Origin: Carcharhinus longimanus
Taxonomy: Eukaryota
Length of the DNA: 64,000 nucleotides
Direction of reading: 5' to 3'
Assembly (NCBI GenBank): GCA_030264375.1
Contig: JASCQW010000001.1
Location: forward strand, 114,812,252-114,876,251
The position numbers and the translations under genes were made by a program. The notes under the pieces are model-generated. The model saw nothing but the letters and a program-made list of their open reading frames with translations, had not been told where the DNA came from and did no database searches. How positions within the stretch are numbered: the first letter of the stretch is position 1; every line of letters starts with the position of its first letter. Of this stretch, positions 1-14,480 are shown one piece after another.

Positions 1-117
1 GCATGGCTGACCAGGAGTCTCTCCTGCTGTTACTGCTGGCCATTGGTGTATGTTAGCACAATATTGTAAGTTGATACTCAACATGTTGGCCATATTAATA
101 ATGCACCTTCCTTGGTC

Positions 118-193
118 ATCAAATCCTGGTGTGGGTCTCAAACCCACAGCTTCTGTCTCAGAGGCAGAAACACTACCCACTATGCCACAAGAC
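118..193 (-). mobile_element. tRNA-derived SINE head
   Basis: Minus strand reads GTCTTGTGGCATAGTGGGTAGTG...GGGTTTGAGACCCACACCAGG, giving Pol III A-box and B-box-like motifs at tRNA spacing. Confidence 0.6.
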
Positions 194-3100
194 TCCCAAT
201 TTTATGATATATGGCTGGCTTTTATTCAACTATGTCCCAAGCAGCTGAGTACTTCCCATCTCAAATAACCAGTGTTTTGAAATAAAAACACAAAATTTCA
301 GCAGGTCTGGCGGCTTCTGTGGAACAAAAAGTTTAGTTAATGGGTGATTTTTGAGCCTGCATTAGCCATAGCACAAACAGTGACACAGGCCCAAAATATG
401 AGAATTGGAAAATGAAATTCTTGCCGGTGAAGTCTCGTTTTCCGATTTTCCCTGTCCCCCGATGGTGGCGTAAAGAGGTGGATCTGCTGGGTCACAAAGG
501 TAGATATAGCCCCGGGGAGAAGGGGCAAGGACACTGCTCCGGCACTGCCAGTGCAATCTGGCAGTGCTGGTTTAAGTCTGCTGGGGACCCCCAGTGAGAG
601 TGTTTCCCCTTATGTCTGTTTGGGTTAATGGAAGAAGTATTGTTCTATATCAAAGGGGAGCATCCTAATCTCTTTGGAGCCGATGTTGCCTGCTCTATCT
701 GGTGCCACCCCACCAGCATGATGGCGAAAACTGCGCCTTGAGATCTTCAGTGCCCAGAGTGCCAAATAATCTAGGGAGAAAACTCAGCTGTACACCAGTT
801 TTCTCTGTGCACAGAAGTACAAAATTCCACCCAATGTTTTGGATCTGCATGACTTCTTCAGAGCTGTATTCAGTGTCCTGTGCTGCCTCCTCCTGTAATA
901 AGGGCAAGTAAAGAGCTATGAGTGAGTATACTGGCATGTACTCATCCGATGGATAATATGTAATTAGTCAGGGTATCTATGAAGTAGAGGCACAACATTA
1001 TAAAATGATAAGGGTTAATGGAAGTGTTGGATATAAAGTTGTGGATGTGCAAAGAGATGAATGGGTATACCAGCAAGGTAAGTAGCTGTGAGGAGTGATG
1101 TGATGGAGTCAGCTTGAGAAGGCAGAGTAAAGTGTTGGGGTATTAGGTACAGCAAATGTAGGTGTGCAACTGTATCCTGCACTTGTCTTTTCAGACATAC
1201 TTCAGTCATTAATCTGCTTTCTACATTGAATACTGGAGCATAGCACCACATTCCTGCTGCTGACATCTGTTTTTTCCATATGTAATTAGATTTATGTCTT
1301 CTACACAACATACCTTGCGTGAACAACTGAACACTTTGAATATGTAGTCCATATGAGATGCTATTATTCTATATATCTCTAAAAAAATGACAGCTAGGTA
1401 CTCAAGTTAATACAAAGTTTCACAGTCATTGACCTGGACACACATAACACTCAGATCCCAAGTATTTTTACAATGGATAGTTTTTACCACTGTGAAAATG
1501 GGGTAACATATCCAAATCACACTCTGCTGTTTTCATTAAGTAACAATTCTGTTAAATGTAGGAATTTTAATGATATTCACATTTTTTTCCTTCTTACAAA
1601 AGAACAGTTCTACAAAGGTATTGAGTAGAAATGTCTCATTACCTAATAACATTATTTAGATGATGAGAAGTTTACTGGTCTTACAGCATGAACGTGAGGA
1701 CTCTATGGTCTTGTTTTTAATTCTGATGGTGATGGAGAAAGACAGAATAGGGTGGTGTTAACTATCAGGATCAAGCAGTTTGATCTTAACCTATGCCACT
1801 TTAAATGTTGGAGTCAGGCTATGGGCTTCTGCAGGCAAAATGAAAATAACATATCAATGGCATTTATAATACTGTGCAAGAGGAAGACATGGCCTATGGA
1901 TCCTCAGCAATTGATCCATGGCCAGCGCCACAGGGTGGATGACTCATTTATTGCTCTTAGGAGCCCAGGAACAGGGGTGTCCACTCTTGGTTCTTGGAAG
2001 CCTTTGGCCTCCACCTACCCAAACCCCCACATTCCTTCCACGATCAGCATTCCCCCCAGACCTCTTATTTTTTAGTTTATTCCCCGTCCTCCTGATTACT
2101 GACCTGTGCTCCTTCCCAAGGGTAGGTACTGTCCTAATGGTCCTTGACTGTGGCCTCCTGCCCTGGTGTTCCTTCCCACCCACTGGCCCATTTGTCACTT
2201 TGATGGCTTGCAGGGCAGGAGGTAATGCTCCAATCTGTTAATAAGACCCTGCCTTTGAAATTGAGAAGAACTCCACATTCCCAACTTTGCCAAGTTCTTC
2301 AGACAATCTCGGCCTTCCAAACACTTTCCCTCCCTTTTCATTAATGTCAGACCAGTGCTAACAACTCCGTCAGTGTATGATACAGTATGTACAAATAGGT
2401 TTGGTTGCTCCAATTTTTTGAGTTTCTATTTTTAAATAGGGTAGCTGTTAAATGGTTGCATTGAAATCCATATGATAGATTTCTACAATAGTCTATATAT
2501 AACTATGAGAACACTGCCATTTAAAGCAAGATCCTGGATAAACTCCAGACAGATGAATACTGTGCCCGGTTTATTTTAACTTAGTCTAAATGATAAATAG
2601 TGGAAGAAATTACAGAGCTTCTATTAATTTCAAGTAAAGATAGATGTAGTTGTAATAGTATGATTAAAAGCCAAGCTTTCAAATCAGTATCCACTCACTA
2701 CATTACAGTTCAAAGTAAATCACATTTTTAGTCATAAAACATGTATCGACTTACTGAACTTGAAAATAGTTGAAATGTACACTGTGATTCACATCCATTC
2801 TTAAAAGGTTATGCAGTTTAAATTACGTAAAAAGACACAAATACTTCCAGAATAATAGTGGAATTTCCTGTGTATTTACACCTAAGAACAAACATAATTA
2901 GGCGTAATAGAAGAGAGAAACTCAGGTGCAGGTGTATAGTGCACATAATTCTATTATCTCTTGATCATTTTGCTGCACCTCATTGTGATTTTTCCAAAGT
3001 TGTTTTTAATCCTCAGAGACCTGCACTGTAATTCCTCTGTTTTGGCAAATGCATTTCCACAGGATCAGTATGAGTCATGTTAAAAATGGAAAGTTTCCAC

Positions 3101-3589
3101 AACTTAGGTATGCTATGCCTGAGAGGCATCAACGATAGCTAGAAAGCTTGAAACTTCAATTTTAACATTTAAGGAAGGAATATATGGTACATGTCCCATG
3201 CTTTTCTGTGGCCCCAGCAGTTTAAATTAATTTCTGTTTGTTTACATTTGATTTTTATGTTCCAGAATATACAAATAAGATTGACGGAAAATTCAGGCAT
3301 AAGTTGACTTTGGCAAATTGTGCTCATGAGCAGGCAAATTTTCAATTCATCGACAATTACAGTCCTACAGGAAATTCCATCCTAATGTCTTTATATTTCA
3401 AATTGTTTCATCGTCCAGTTTACATTTATCGATACAGAAATTAAAAATTTACAACACCCTTTTTTATTGCTGGCAGTGTCACTTTAAAAGTCACTTCAAA
3501 GGTCAAACGTGGCTAGCAACAATCTAGCCCCGCAATAGTTTGCAGAAAATCAGCATTTCAAACATCATTTTTGTTTGATTCTTTCATTA

Positions 3590-4720
3590 CTTATAAGATC
3601 AGAAGAATTTGGAGTAGATCCAAATTCTCAAGTCTAATCTGCCATTTAAAAAGATGGTGGCTCACCTGATCTGATTGTGCCACTTTCCTGCAAGCCAACC
3701 AGCCCCTCCCTCCCCTCATCCCTCCCAACCTCATAATCCTTGACTTCCTCATTGATCAAAAATCTTTCTAACTCAGGCTTGGATATATTCAATGACTCAG
3801 CCTCCTGTACTCTCAGTGGTGGAGAATTCCAAAGATTCACGACACTCAGGGAAGAAGTTCCTCCTCATCTCCATCTTAAATGGGACATTCCTTTTTGTTA
3901 AACTGCTCCCCCATTCCAGATTCCCCCACAAAAGAAAACACTCTCTCAGCATCTACCTTGTCAAGCTCCCTCAGAATTTTAATGTTCAGTTAAGAACACC
4001 TCCTGTTCTAAACTCCAATGTGTACAGGTCTGACCTGCTCAATCTTTCCTCATAAAAAAACCCTTCATCCCAAGAATCAGCCTAGTGTACCTTCTCTGGA
4101 CATTCTCAATGTAAGTCATATCCGTCCTTAAATCAGGAGACCAAACTATACATAGTACTCTTGGTATGGCCTTGGTGAGTCATATACAGCACAGGAGGAG
4201 GCTGTTCAGCCCATTGAGTGCATGTTGGCTCCCCAAGCAGCAATCCACAATGTCCCACTCCCCTGCTTGAACCCACTGCTGACCTAATTTCTTTTTGAAA
4301 TCAGGTGTTGTTCCACTTTCACCACCCTGATGGGCAGCAAATTCCAAGTCATTAACAGTTGCTGAATAAAAACGTTCTTCATATTCCCCTGCATCTCATA
4401 CTCAATTAATCTGTGTTCCCCCCTTATGAGCCATCAGATCATGAGATGAATTTTTCCTTGTCGAATTTATTGAAGCCTTTCATACTCTTATGTATCTTTA
4501 TCAAATCTTCTATCAATCTCCTTTGCCCCAAGGAGCACAACCCCAGACTTTCCAACCTAACTTTGTAACTAAACCATTCCATTCCCGACACCATGCCTGC
4601 AAACATCTGGCAAATCTCCTCTGCACCTCTTAAGGATCTTTACATCTTTCCTCCACTTGGGGTCGAACTAGATATTTATAAAGATCCATCATAAGTTCTC
4701 TGCTTTTATACTTGATGCAT
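3590..4720 (-). mobile_element. Two adjacent or nested decayed CR1 LINE 3' fragments
   Basis: Minus ORF 3646-3840 (NLWNSPPLRVQEAESLNISKPELERFL) matches the typical CR1 ORF2 C-terminus. A second CR1-like 3' end begins near 4180. Confidence 0.75.
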
Positions 4721-4899
4721 CTGGAGAGGTGAAGTACCCCTTGGGATTTATAAAAGTAGAGTGTGTGCGTGGGTGGGATTTTTTGATTTTTTTTAAAGGA
4801 TCTGTCCTGGCGAGTAAATCAGGGAGAATCCCACTAGTAGCAACAGTGGGGAAAGTTGTCATATACTCAGCTTCATTAACAACTTACTTTCCACAGATT

Positions 4900-6400
4900 T
4901 TACATATGCTCATAGCAGCTTGCCTCTATTTCACTCATCCTAGGAAAGCTTAATCATCCACCTACATTCTCCCCAACTGCCTCATTGGAGGATAAACACA
5001 ATTGGTGTGAGCAAACAGAGCCTGACGGAGTCACGCCTGAGCTGGAATCCCAAATGCTTTTTGAGGAACAAGCTCTTGAGCTGGCTGGCGAGAAGCAGGA
5101 CTGCATAGGGTATGGTGGAGGCAAGAAACAAAAGTGAGAACCATCAACACATCCAGCCATGGTGCAGGCCTCACATGAATTAACTTTCTCTCATCAGTGA
5201 GCCCCTTTCATATACTAATGCCATGTCGCTTCCCTTGCAGGTCAATTAGTCGACCTACCCAGACTATCCTCATGCCCTCTGGAGATTACAGACCAAGCAG
5301 TTCTGATGGAGACATCTTGGAGCCGACCATCGAGGAGGCATCACAGCTGTCATCCACACCCTCTACCAGTGTAGATAGACACACCTCAGTGGGAATTGTC
5401 AGGCTTCTGGGTCACATGTTGGTGAGCACCTCATAGCTGAAGATCCACAGCAGGCAAAGGAGAAAGGGATGTATGAAGCATCCAGCAGTCTGAGGGACTC
5501 TCAGACCCAGGCTGATGATGCGTCCCTGTGTATGGTCATCCCAGAGCTACTGGAGTTACAAAGGCAGAGTCATGAGCATCAGGAGGTGACGACAGCATGC
5601 TTTCTTGGACCTATCGCTTCTATGGAAATGATGCTGTCACTCCAATGCAAAGAGGCCATCACTGCAAAAGGTGGTGGCCACAGTGGAGATCTTGGCGCAG
5701 GATGTGCATACCATGGTGGGGGATGTCCTATGGCTCAGCTCATCAGTTCCACATCTGAGGGCTTGAGTTCCATTGTGCAGGGCTTCGACTGCATGGTGCA
5801 GGTGCTTATTGGAATCCACGAGTGGCAACTCAAGCACTGCAGGACTTCTGAATCTCACTTCAGCTGTTCCAACATCTCATGGAGGAACCCAGGGACCCCC
5901 AGGGATGGAAGAGAGCAGGAGCGCAGCCCCAGGACCTCCAACCAGGAGACCCTGGGCTGTCCAGCTCATCTGACACCCCCTTCTCTGTGAGTGACACACT
6001 CCAGCCCCACACATGGAGAAAGNNNNNNNNNNNNNNNNNNNNNNNNNNNNNNNNNNNNNNNNNNNNNNNNNNNNNNNNNNNNNNNNNNNNNNNNNNNNNN
6101 NNNNNNNNNNNNNNNNNNNNNNCATGCTTGTATCCCAAAAGTATGCCCGGACCCTCAGGTGATGCCTGTCAAGATCTTCTCAAGCAACACGGAGTGGAAG
6201 TCAGCTGGCTATAGGTGAATATCAACTTTGTTGACCCATGCAGAACCTCCACATTGTGATGTCATGGTGCCAAACTCAGTAAACTCTGCGCAAACTCAGT
6301 GCTCCCTCCTTGTGCAATGGGAGAATAGCAGTGCTATATTCTTTCCCATCACTCATACTACTGACACAGTAAGACCACGCTACTTCTGGCACAGGCCCCT
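4900..6400 (+). mobile_element. Probable decayed Harbinger accessory-gene (Myb/SANT-type) region
   Basis: GC-richer, frameshifted, low-complexity ORFs (e.g. SLCMVIPELLELQRQSHEHQE) with splice-like signals. The family assignment is by resemblance only, and an N gap interrupts it. Confidence 0.3.
6023..6122. other. Assembly gap of 100 N; equivalent gaps at 10641-10740, 16791-16890, 23568-23667, 29631-29730 and 61644-61743
   Basis: Runs of exactly 100 N, typical of gaps of unknown size, mostly in or next to repeats. Confidence 0.95.
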
Positions 6401-6899
6401 ATGCATGCACAGCACCTGTGGTGCCCCATGCCCCTCCCCACCCCACCCCAATGCAATACTCAGCACACAGTTGTCTCCTGCCTGCCAGCAATCTCTTGCA
6501 ATGAGAATGAAAATTGGTTAAAAATGTGTCAGAGTCTATCCACTCATCAGCAGATAAAGAAACACACCAGGGCTTATGGCCTCAGAGTAGCTGGGATGTG
6601 TCATTCAGCCTCCCTGGGCCCCTAGATCACCCTGTTCAGTGGCAGGTTGCATTCAGCTCCCTGTCAGGCACAAGTCAGACATTTCATGGAGGATAAGAGG
6701 AACCTCACTCTGTCTGCACTACAAGACACCATCATTCTCTTGCAGCATTCGGTCAATTGCTTTAGCGCTTTGCCTACGAATGTAGTAACCATCTTGATGA
6801 TCTCTCAGAGACACCATAGTTTTGAGCAGATATCAGACCCCATGGTGAGAGAGGCCTCCACACCAGGGTCATGGTCGCTCTCAAACTAAGAGGCTGTGG

Positions 6900-7043
6900 G
6901 GGTGTCCCTAACACCCGGAGGAAATCCATGCAAGTATGGGGAGAACGTACAGACTCCACACAGACAATGACCCAAGCCAGAAATCGAACCCAGGTCCCTG
7001 GCACTATGAGGCTGCAGTACTAACTACAGTGCCATCATGCTGC
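6900..7043 (-). mobile_element. HE1-type (V-SINE) SINE, 5' part
   Basis: GGAAATCCATGCAAGTATGGGGAGAACGTACAGACTCCACACAGAC...AATCGAACCCAGGTCCCTGGCACTATGAGGC...GTGCCATCATGCTGC is the reverse complement of a tRNA head plus V-domain. It is similar to the copies at 26.1 and 29.0 kb. Confidence 0.75.
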
Positions 7044-8149
7044 TTAATCCCCTAGGGCATGATTTTGTAACCCACTCTAGCCAACTCTGCTGTCATATCC
7101 TTGTAAATTGCCTTTATTTAAGTTTAATGTACAAGTTTCAGACCCAAACTTCTCACCCTCAAACTGAGTACCTGTGAATTGAATTGTTTGCATGTATCCA
7201 GCCTGAAAAATATAATAGTGTTGTGTCATTATGCTGTTGAAGATCATTTTAAAAATATGGAGAACTATAAAAAGTTACATTTTTCATTCACCGTGCTGCT
7301 TTTAAAGAGTTTGGAGTTGCCATATGTTGATTTTGCTTTCTGTGTGCAGGTAACAAAGTAAGCATGCCTTTGAATGCTCCACTTAATACATTTATTTTAA
7401 ATTAAAGGTTAACTCCTGAGTTGAATTATTCATTTGTAGGCATAAGCTTAATTGACAAAAACTATGTTTCAAATTCAACAATCCCTATTCTAGCTCTCCT
7501 TAATTATAATGCACATCATAGCTCCCAATCTGACTGTAGACGATCTGCTTCAAGCCAGTTGTTCTTCTCACATCTTGTTAGATAAGCCTCAACATTTAAG
7601 GAAAAATATTTTCACAGCCATTTTGCTTTCTGTATACTTTCCGTCACTAATGTTCTGGCCAATTTTTGTATTGCATTGTGTATTTCTTTCATTGTTTTGG
7701 CTGCTCTCATGTCTTCAAGCAGCTTGACATGATTTATTACATTAAAGATATGCTATAAATAAAAACTAGTTGTTGTTTTATCTCCGTTCTCAGTTAAGAA
7801 CATCAGAACAGAAGCCCCTCAAGCCTATCCCACCATTCGATGAAATCATGGCTAATGTGACATATCTCCACATCTATGCCATTGCACCATACCCACAGTT
7901 CACAAAAACCCACCAAACCCAGAATTTAAATTTACAATTGATTTGGCATTAGTTATCGCATGCAGAAGTGAATTCCAAACCTCTAATGCTCTGTGCATAG
8001 AGGTCAGAATTTTACTGCCCTGCCCGCCATGAGAATTGCAGCAGGTGAGGGACGGAGCATGGGAAGGTCCATTGAACTCAGGCGGATTTTACGGTTTTGG
8101 GACGAGCAAGGCCAGATTCTTTTCCTAGTTTCTTTTTTGATAAACACCC

Positions 8150-8850
8150 AGTCCTGAAATTAGCAGCAGCAGGTAAGGTGGTCAGGAAGGCATACAGGAT
8201 ACTTGGCTTTATTGGCCAAGGCATAGAATGTAAGTGCAGGGAGGCTATGCTCGATCAATATTAAAAATAGACTGCATCAGAAGTATGGAGCACAGTTGTG
8301 GTCACATTACAGGAAGGATGTAATTGCACTAGAGAGAAAACAAGCGATTTGTCAGGATATTATCAGGAAAGGAGAATTTTAGCTATGAGTAAAGATTTGA
8401 AAGTCTGGGTTGGTCTTTTTTTGGAACCGAGATAGCTTGGGAGAGAATTAATTGAGGTATATAAAATCTGAGTGGCATAGATACAATGGATAAGAAGCAC
8501 CTATTCCCCTAGCAGAGGGGTAATTAAGCAAAGGGCATAATGTTAAAATTATTAGTAGCATTGGTGAGGAGTAGATGAGTATTTATTTATTCAGAGGGCC
8601 ATCCCCTCAAAAGGTGAATATATCCTTCCTGAGGTGTGATTTCCAAAGCAGCTCACAATACTCCAGCAATACAGAGGTATAACCAGGTCTGTAACATGTC
8701 TTCTAATCCTCTTGATATCAAGGACACTGTTCCATTAGCCTTTTTGATTATTTTCCATAACTGTTCATGACATTTTAATGATCTAGGAATCGAGAATTTC
8801 AAGTCCCTTTGCACTTCCACTGTTTCCAGCTTTGCACCAATTATCTGTTT
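8150..8850. mobile_element. Decayed CR1 RT-region fragments (+ strand ~8150-8600, - strand ~8600-8850)
   Basis: CAGGTAAGGTGGTCAGGAAGGCATACAGGATACTTGGCTTTATT...AGGAAGGATGTAATTGCACTAGAGAG is characteristic CR1 ORF2 sequence (V-KA-G-L-FI, RKDV-ALE). Confidence 0.65.
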
Positions 8851-10269
8851 TTCAGTGATGTTTCCAGTACAGCGAAGCTACATGGCAATGTGAGCAATTC
8901 CTGATAATGGATCTCTTCCTAAGTCTTTAGGCCTTATGGTATCTCGTGAATCTCAGAACTGGGAAAGAGAACACTTGTTCACTTTTGGCGCTTAATGTGA
9001 GTAGTAAATACTTCCAGATCTGATGCCCTAATTACAAAATAACATTTCCTATTGTACTGGAAGAATTCTCTATCTTCCAAGTCATTTTTCTGAGCATGAT
9101 GGCACAAAACCGGTTGCCTCAGAAAAATGTAATTTAATAGCAATTGATGTTGGATTATGGACAGACTCACTAGAAATAGGATTTAAACTTCTGAAACTCA
9201 TTGTACAATGGACTCTCAAAGCTGCTATTGATCTGGGTAAATTGTGTGGAAACCCAGGTCTCAGAGGTGGAGGGCAATTTTCCTCATTGCTACTTTATAT
9301 TTGTAGTCTTTGTTCTTCCCAGCTGATATGACAGCGGTTTTTATTTTTCTAAAGCTATGAGACATTGTCCTGCAAGGGAAAGAAAGGGCATTGCATTATT
9401 TAAACAAAGATTTAAAAACCAAGTAGTTTCTCTCAATTTTATCAGAACAACAAATACCAATGTATTTTTTAAGAAACATCAGAGGCATAAGACTTTCTCA
9501 GTGCAAACTCAAAAGGAACTCTCTTCATATTTCTGTTTTCTAATGATGTGCTATTTGGTTGATGTCCAACTAAAATTTTTGTATCATATTTGGCACAATG
9601 AACAAACTCCTCCAGCAAATTCAAATCATATTTTAATATAGTGGGGGACTGCAGTTTCACAAAATAGTTGAATGTAAACTGTATCAAGTTCCAAATTGCA
9701 AAAAACTAAAATATGGTATAAACAGACACCACTGAAAAAGTGACAAACAGACTCAATGGGCAGAATCTTACCAAAAATTGGCAAGTGTCAGGGTCTGTTT
9801 GAAAATGACTGTTTCTCTCCAGAGAAACAGGCAGGTTTACTCTCAGATCTCTTCACTTTGGCATAGGATGACACTGCCAGGTTGGCACAGTTACAATTGT
9901 TTGGCCATGTCCCTTTTCCCTGGGGTTATATTTACCTTTGCATCCCTGGGAGACCCCAACAACAGGTTCCTATTTAGGTGTCAATATACGGTTGGTGGTG
10001 GTGGTGGGGATCCCTAATCACAGGTCAATTACCCACTTAAAAAGTATATGCTGTAAACAGGACAGCTATGAATCAAGAATTATACATAAACAACTTTGCT
10101 ATTCTACTCAAAGAAATGAATAAGATGTGACATTCATCTTTCCTGAACTCAAGGATCATGAAATTTGATCAAAAATGCAAAAGATACAGTGCTATTTATG
10201 TGAAATATAAAGGATGTCATTGATTAAGATAGGGTTTTTCTGGCCTTCCTTTCCTTTTCCATTAGAGAC

Positions 10270-10445
10270 AGTAGATGGGGCCTCATTTTAATGTCTCATC
10301 TGAAAGGCAACACCTCCCACAATGTGACAACCCTTCAGTACTGCTGTGAAGTGTCAGCCTAGGTTTTTGTGCACAAGTCCTGGATGGGACTTGGAACCCA
10401 ACTGTTTGACTGAGAGGTAAGAGTGCTTACTGAGCCACAGCTGGG
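10270..10445 (-). mobile_element. Deu-domain SINE (SacSINE1/AmnSINE-like)
   Basis: GGGCCTCATTTTAATGTCTCATCTGAAAGGCAACACCTCCCACAATGTGACAACCCTTCAGTACTG is the reverse complement of the Deu core, followed by a tRNA-like head (TGTGGCTCAGT...GGGTTCCAAGTCCC). Confidence 0.7.
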
Positions 10446-13400
10446 TTATGTGATGGAATGTAGTGTAATTCAGTAAGCTGAAATGTGATGACAGGAGTTA
10501 TCTTTTATAATCCTGAATCTTTCTACAAGTAACTTAATAATTGGGCAGAAAAAAGCTCTACTTAATATATTTATATGCAGGATATTCTCCTTGAATTCAC
10601 CATCACTATCATGGGCATAAAAATTATTTTTAAAGGCTTANNNNNNNNNNNNNNNNNNNNNNNNNNNNNNNNNNNNNNNNNNNNNNNNNNNNNNNNNNNN
10701 NNNNNNNNNNNNNNNNNNNNNNNNNNNNNNNNNNNNNNNNATGTTTTTCAAACTAGCACAAGTGCTCATTTAAAGTTGATTAATCAAACTTTGTTCCCCA
10801 AGTGAAATGGATAATGCATTCTTGCCCTTTTATGCATAACTAACAAATGCTGCTGATATCTACATCAGCTTCAGTATCCTTGTGATGCTTGCGGGGTGAG
10901 GGGAGGTTGAATAATCAGCTAGGGATCATGCTCCTGACCACTGTCCAGTAATCCCTGCCATGTAAATGTCTGGCATAATCTTTTGACGAAGAGGTGAGAC
11001 TGATACAACTAGGTCATCTGACATGTGAAGAGTGACATTTGAATGAGGTTACAGAAGAGATGCTAGCATTTACATAATATTATCGCAGTATAAGCCAACA
11101 TTTTTCAAAGACAGAACTGAGACGGGGAAAATAAAAATAACCATTTACTGCACAGTTGAGACTGAAGAATTACTGTATGGAGAAGAATGTGTGCAAATTG
11201 TAAATGAAAATCATAAATCCGTTCATTATAGATGGTTTAAGATTACGTTACTCAACCTGCACAAAGGAAATCATCCCCAAACGACTAAACGTTAGCATTT
11301 AAATGTTGTTAGGGAAGGTAATCTTGCTATTGAGTTCCACTACTGCAGTTCAATAATCACAAGATATATTTCCTTATGAATAAAGCAGCATCATTAAATT
11401 ACTGTTTGTATTTTATAATCATTCCTTTAAAAGATAATATCATGTAGTGCATCTTGTTGCATTTTTATACTATGATTGGCAACTCGTTCATGTACATAAA
11501 ACTTAATATTTACATTTTAATAAAATCAGTTTAAAATGATTGAGAATTACTAACATAGACCTTATTTTAAGGCATACATTTACATCACTCAAATAGAATT
11601 TCTTGCTCTAGAGTTTTCATTAAAACATTCAATTAAATTGTTCTAGGCACTATAGATAGAAAATAGACTCCTGTCAAACCTGCTCCGATTGTAAACAAGA
11701 TAAATCACTATGTTTGCAGTTGTAAATACATGATTTTATAAATTATACGACATAAGCAAGGCAACAGAGTGTAAAACAGAAGCTCAAAAATCATCCTCAG
11801 CTTTGCAAATTAAACTGTCTTCACACAGTAATGATTTCAAATGTTTTGTGCATTATAGAAGTATATGAACAACAGAAGCCAATGAATGGTCATTGAAGTC
11901 ACATTAGGATTATGTTACTTGTCGATCCAGTTTAAGTTTGTGCAGTGAGATCTCTTAAAAATAAACTGATTTGGAATGCAAACAGCAAGGATTAAGAAAA
12001 ATAAACTGACAGCAATATGTTTATGATTACCAATACAGCACTACATACATTGAACATGTAAACGTATGTTTTCAGTGAAAAAACCCACATCCCAGTTTAC
12101 TTATGATATGATTGAATCAAACAACACTCCTGTTGGAATGAAAAAAATATCCACTTTATGTAAAAATCTAAATCCTTTATTGTTTAGCCACACAAAGTAT
12201 GGTGGAATCCATCTCAGAAATCAACGAAAGCAGTGCCACTGTTCATAAAGCCTTGATTCTTAGACTGCACATTGGCTACATCTTGTAACGTTTTTGTAAA
12301 ATGTGTTCAAGTTTAGACACGTTATACAATCATTCGAGAAACCAGAAGCCTTTTTGTGAAAAGTGAAATCATAATTTGGTCAAACCCTAATCTACAATTG
12401 GATTAGGCAAAAATGAATCATGTTTTCCAAATTTGACAAAATTATGACAATTCCAAGTTGAGCTATTTACTATCACTGCATTTCATTTTGAGGCTTTCTC
12501 CATTTCATTCAACTAGTAAGAGCAGAAAAAAAATACTCTGTTCTCTATGTGTATCATTGTGAATGCATTCAGAAAACACGTTCATATAGAAGAACAATGA
12601 CAATCTTTTCTGTCTTGGAATTGAAATCAAGATTTCCAAATGTATGATATAAGCATTCCATGGTGCATAGCAGGAAATCAAACAGAAATAATATAATTAA
12701 TAGATTTAAAATACCAATACACATCACAACTTAATTTAAAAATGTGCACTAAATCATTCTATACAGATACTAATAAGAGTTACATATTAACTGCAAAAAG
12801 CTCCCAGTGGTATGTGAACTTACAATACTGGCATTAATGTACTTTAAAATTCATTTTGTAGCCTGAAAACCTACACTACAGCAATTATAATCTTCAGGTG
12901 CTAACTGTAGCAAAATAGATGTTTTGCCCCTTCTGGTCAAGTTTTAATAAGTTGATCATAGTTTGTGAAAATAGAAGATGATCATAAGTTATTTTTCTTC
13001 CTATTCTCTACAAGCCCCTACCCCTGCCAATTTCCATGTTCGCTCCTTCAATGAAGCCCATCCCACTCATGTTTCCATTCACATTATCAATGTCACTTGC
13101 TGATTCCCCTACAAGGCAACATAGTTTGTTAGTATCAAAGCAATCCTCTTCCCTTGATTTTGCTTCCCTCCCATGTACAATCCCCATTAGGACTGATAAA
13201 ATTCACCATATGAACGAAATCAAAAACAGTCTTCTTTCTATTGCCTATTTATATTGATTTTTATCCTACATGACCAGATCTTCAGCCTGTCTTGATTGGT
13301 ATTGGTCAAAGAGTGAAATGATACAATAATTTTACACATAACTAAATCCATAAAGTTTTGAACCCAATCTTATGCTGCTTCATTTAAAATGTAAAATTGC

Positions 13401-13799
13401 TGTTGAAATATTGAACAGCTTGTCATTAATCTCACTGTTCACTTTAAAATCTCAAGTCAATCAACTTTTTTTTAATACTTCACCTAGTTTGCTTTGTTCT
13501 TTTCTCTTCAGGGTTGATTCACGCTGAGCTATAGTTCATCCCAGCACCTTATCTAATGGACCATTCTTATCTGTGTGCAAGCAGGTATTTGATTATTGAA
13601 GGATACATCACGGTTTAATTGTGCCTTGTCTGGTATGTTTATGCATGGTCTCCAAGAGAGGTTACTTGACAGTAATCAGAAATGGATTCCTGGCTAATTT
13701 TTCCTCTCCCTAGTACTGGGATCTAATTTTAGTGCCCTTATTGCTCAGTTAACTCAACTTACACTGAAAATGTATCCATTTTCAGACATAGAACAAAGG

Positions 13800-14480
13800 C
13801 CCACCCACTTCAGTTTTCAGGCAAGCTTGTGGATCAGCAACCAGATTGTCACCTATCTCCAGCAAAAGGCTGTTTAAAGATAATAAGTTGCTCATAACCA
13901 TATGTTTCCTCTCCACCACAATCCAATTCCACAATTAACTGCAGATCAGGACTGTCTCTACCCAACCAAAACAAATTCTATCCCAATACAAATATTCAAT
14001 CCAGCTAGTGAAGTTTATTCCTCAAGATCATTGGTGTCAGTTCTCCGAATATATCAAGTTATTTGTCCATCATCTATAGTCCCTTTGCTCATGTACATCT
14101 AGATCACTTCTCCATATTATGAGAGATTGCGGGGCTGGCAGGAGTGAGTACATTCAACATTAGCACTGATATACATTGATTCATTACACCCAAAACCTTT
14201 TATTAAAAATCCATACAAGACTTCATTCCACTCTAATTTTTGAATCCTTATATTCTATTTTTCCAAGTGTAAAATTCTTTCTTCTAATTCCAGACTTCTG
14301 TGCAATTTCCTACATTACCTTCTCCAGTTCTCACTTTTTCCTTAAAACTCTTCTCAAGACCCATTTCTTTTTGCAAACTTTCATTTTCTACAGTCTTTCC
14401 CTTCTAGGTTTGGAGTTCATTTTCCATACGTCTATGTTAGAACGCTTTTCTAACAAAAACAGCATAAATTCAAATTGATA
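13800..14480 (+). mobile_element. Highly decayed L2-like LINE 3' fragment
   Basis: Pyrimidine-rich decayed ORF ending in CTTAAAACTCTTCTCAAGACCCATTTCTTT (K-LLKTHFF, an L2 C-terminus-like motif), followed by a tail. Confidence 0.4.
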
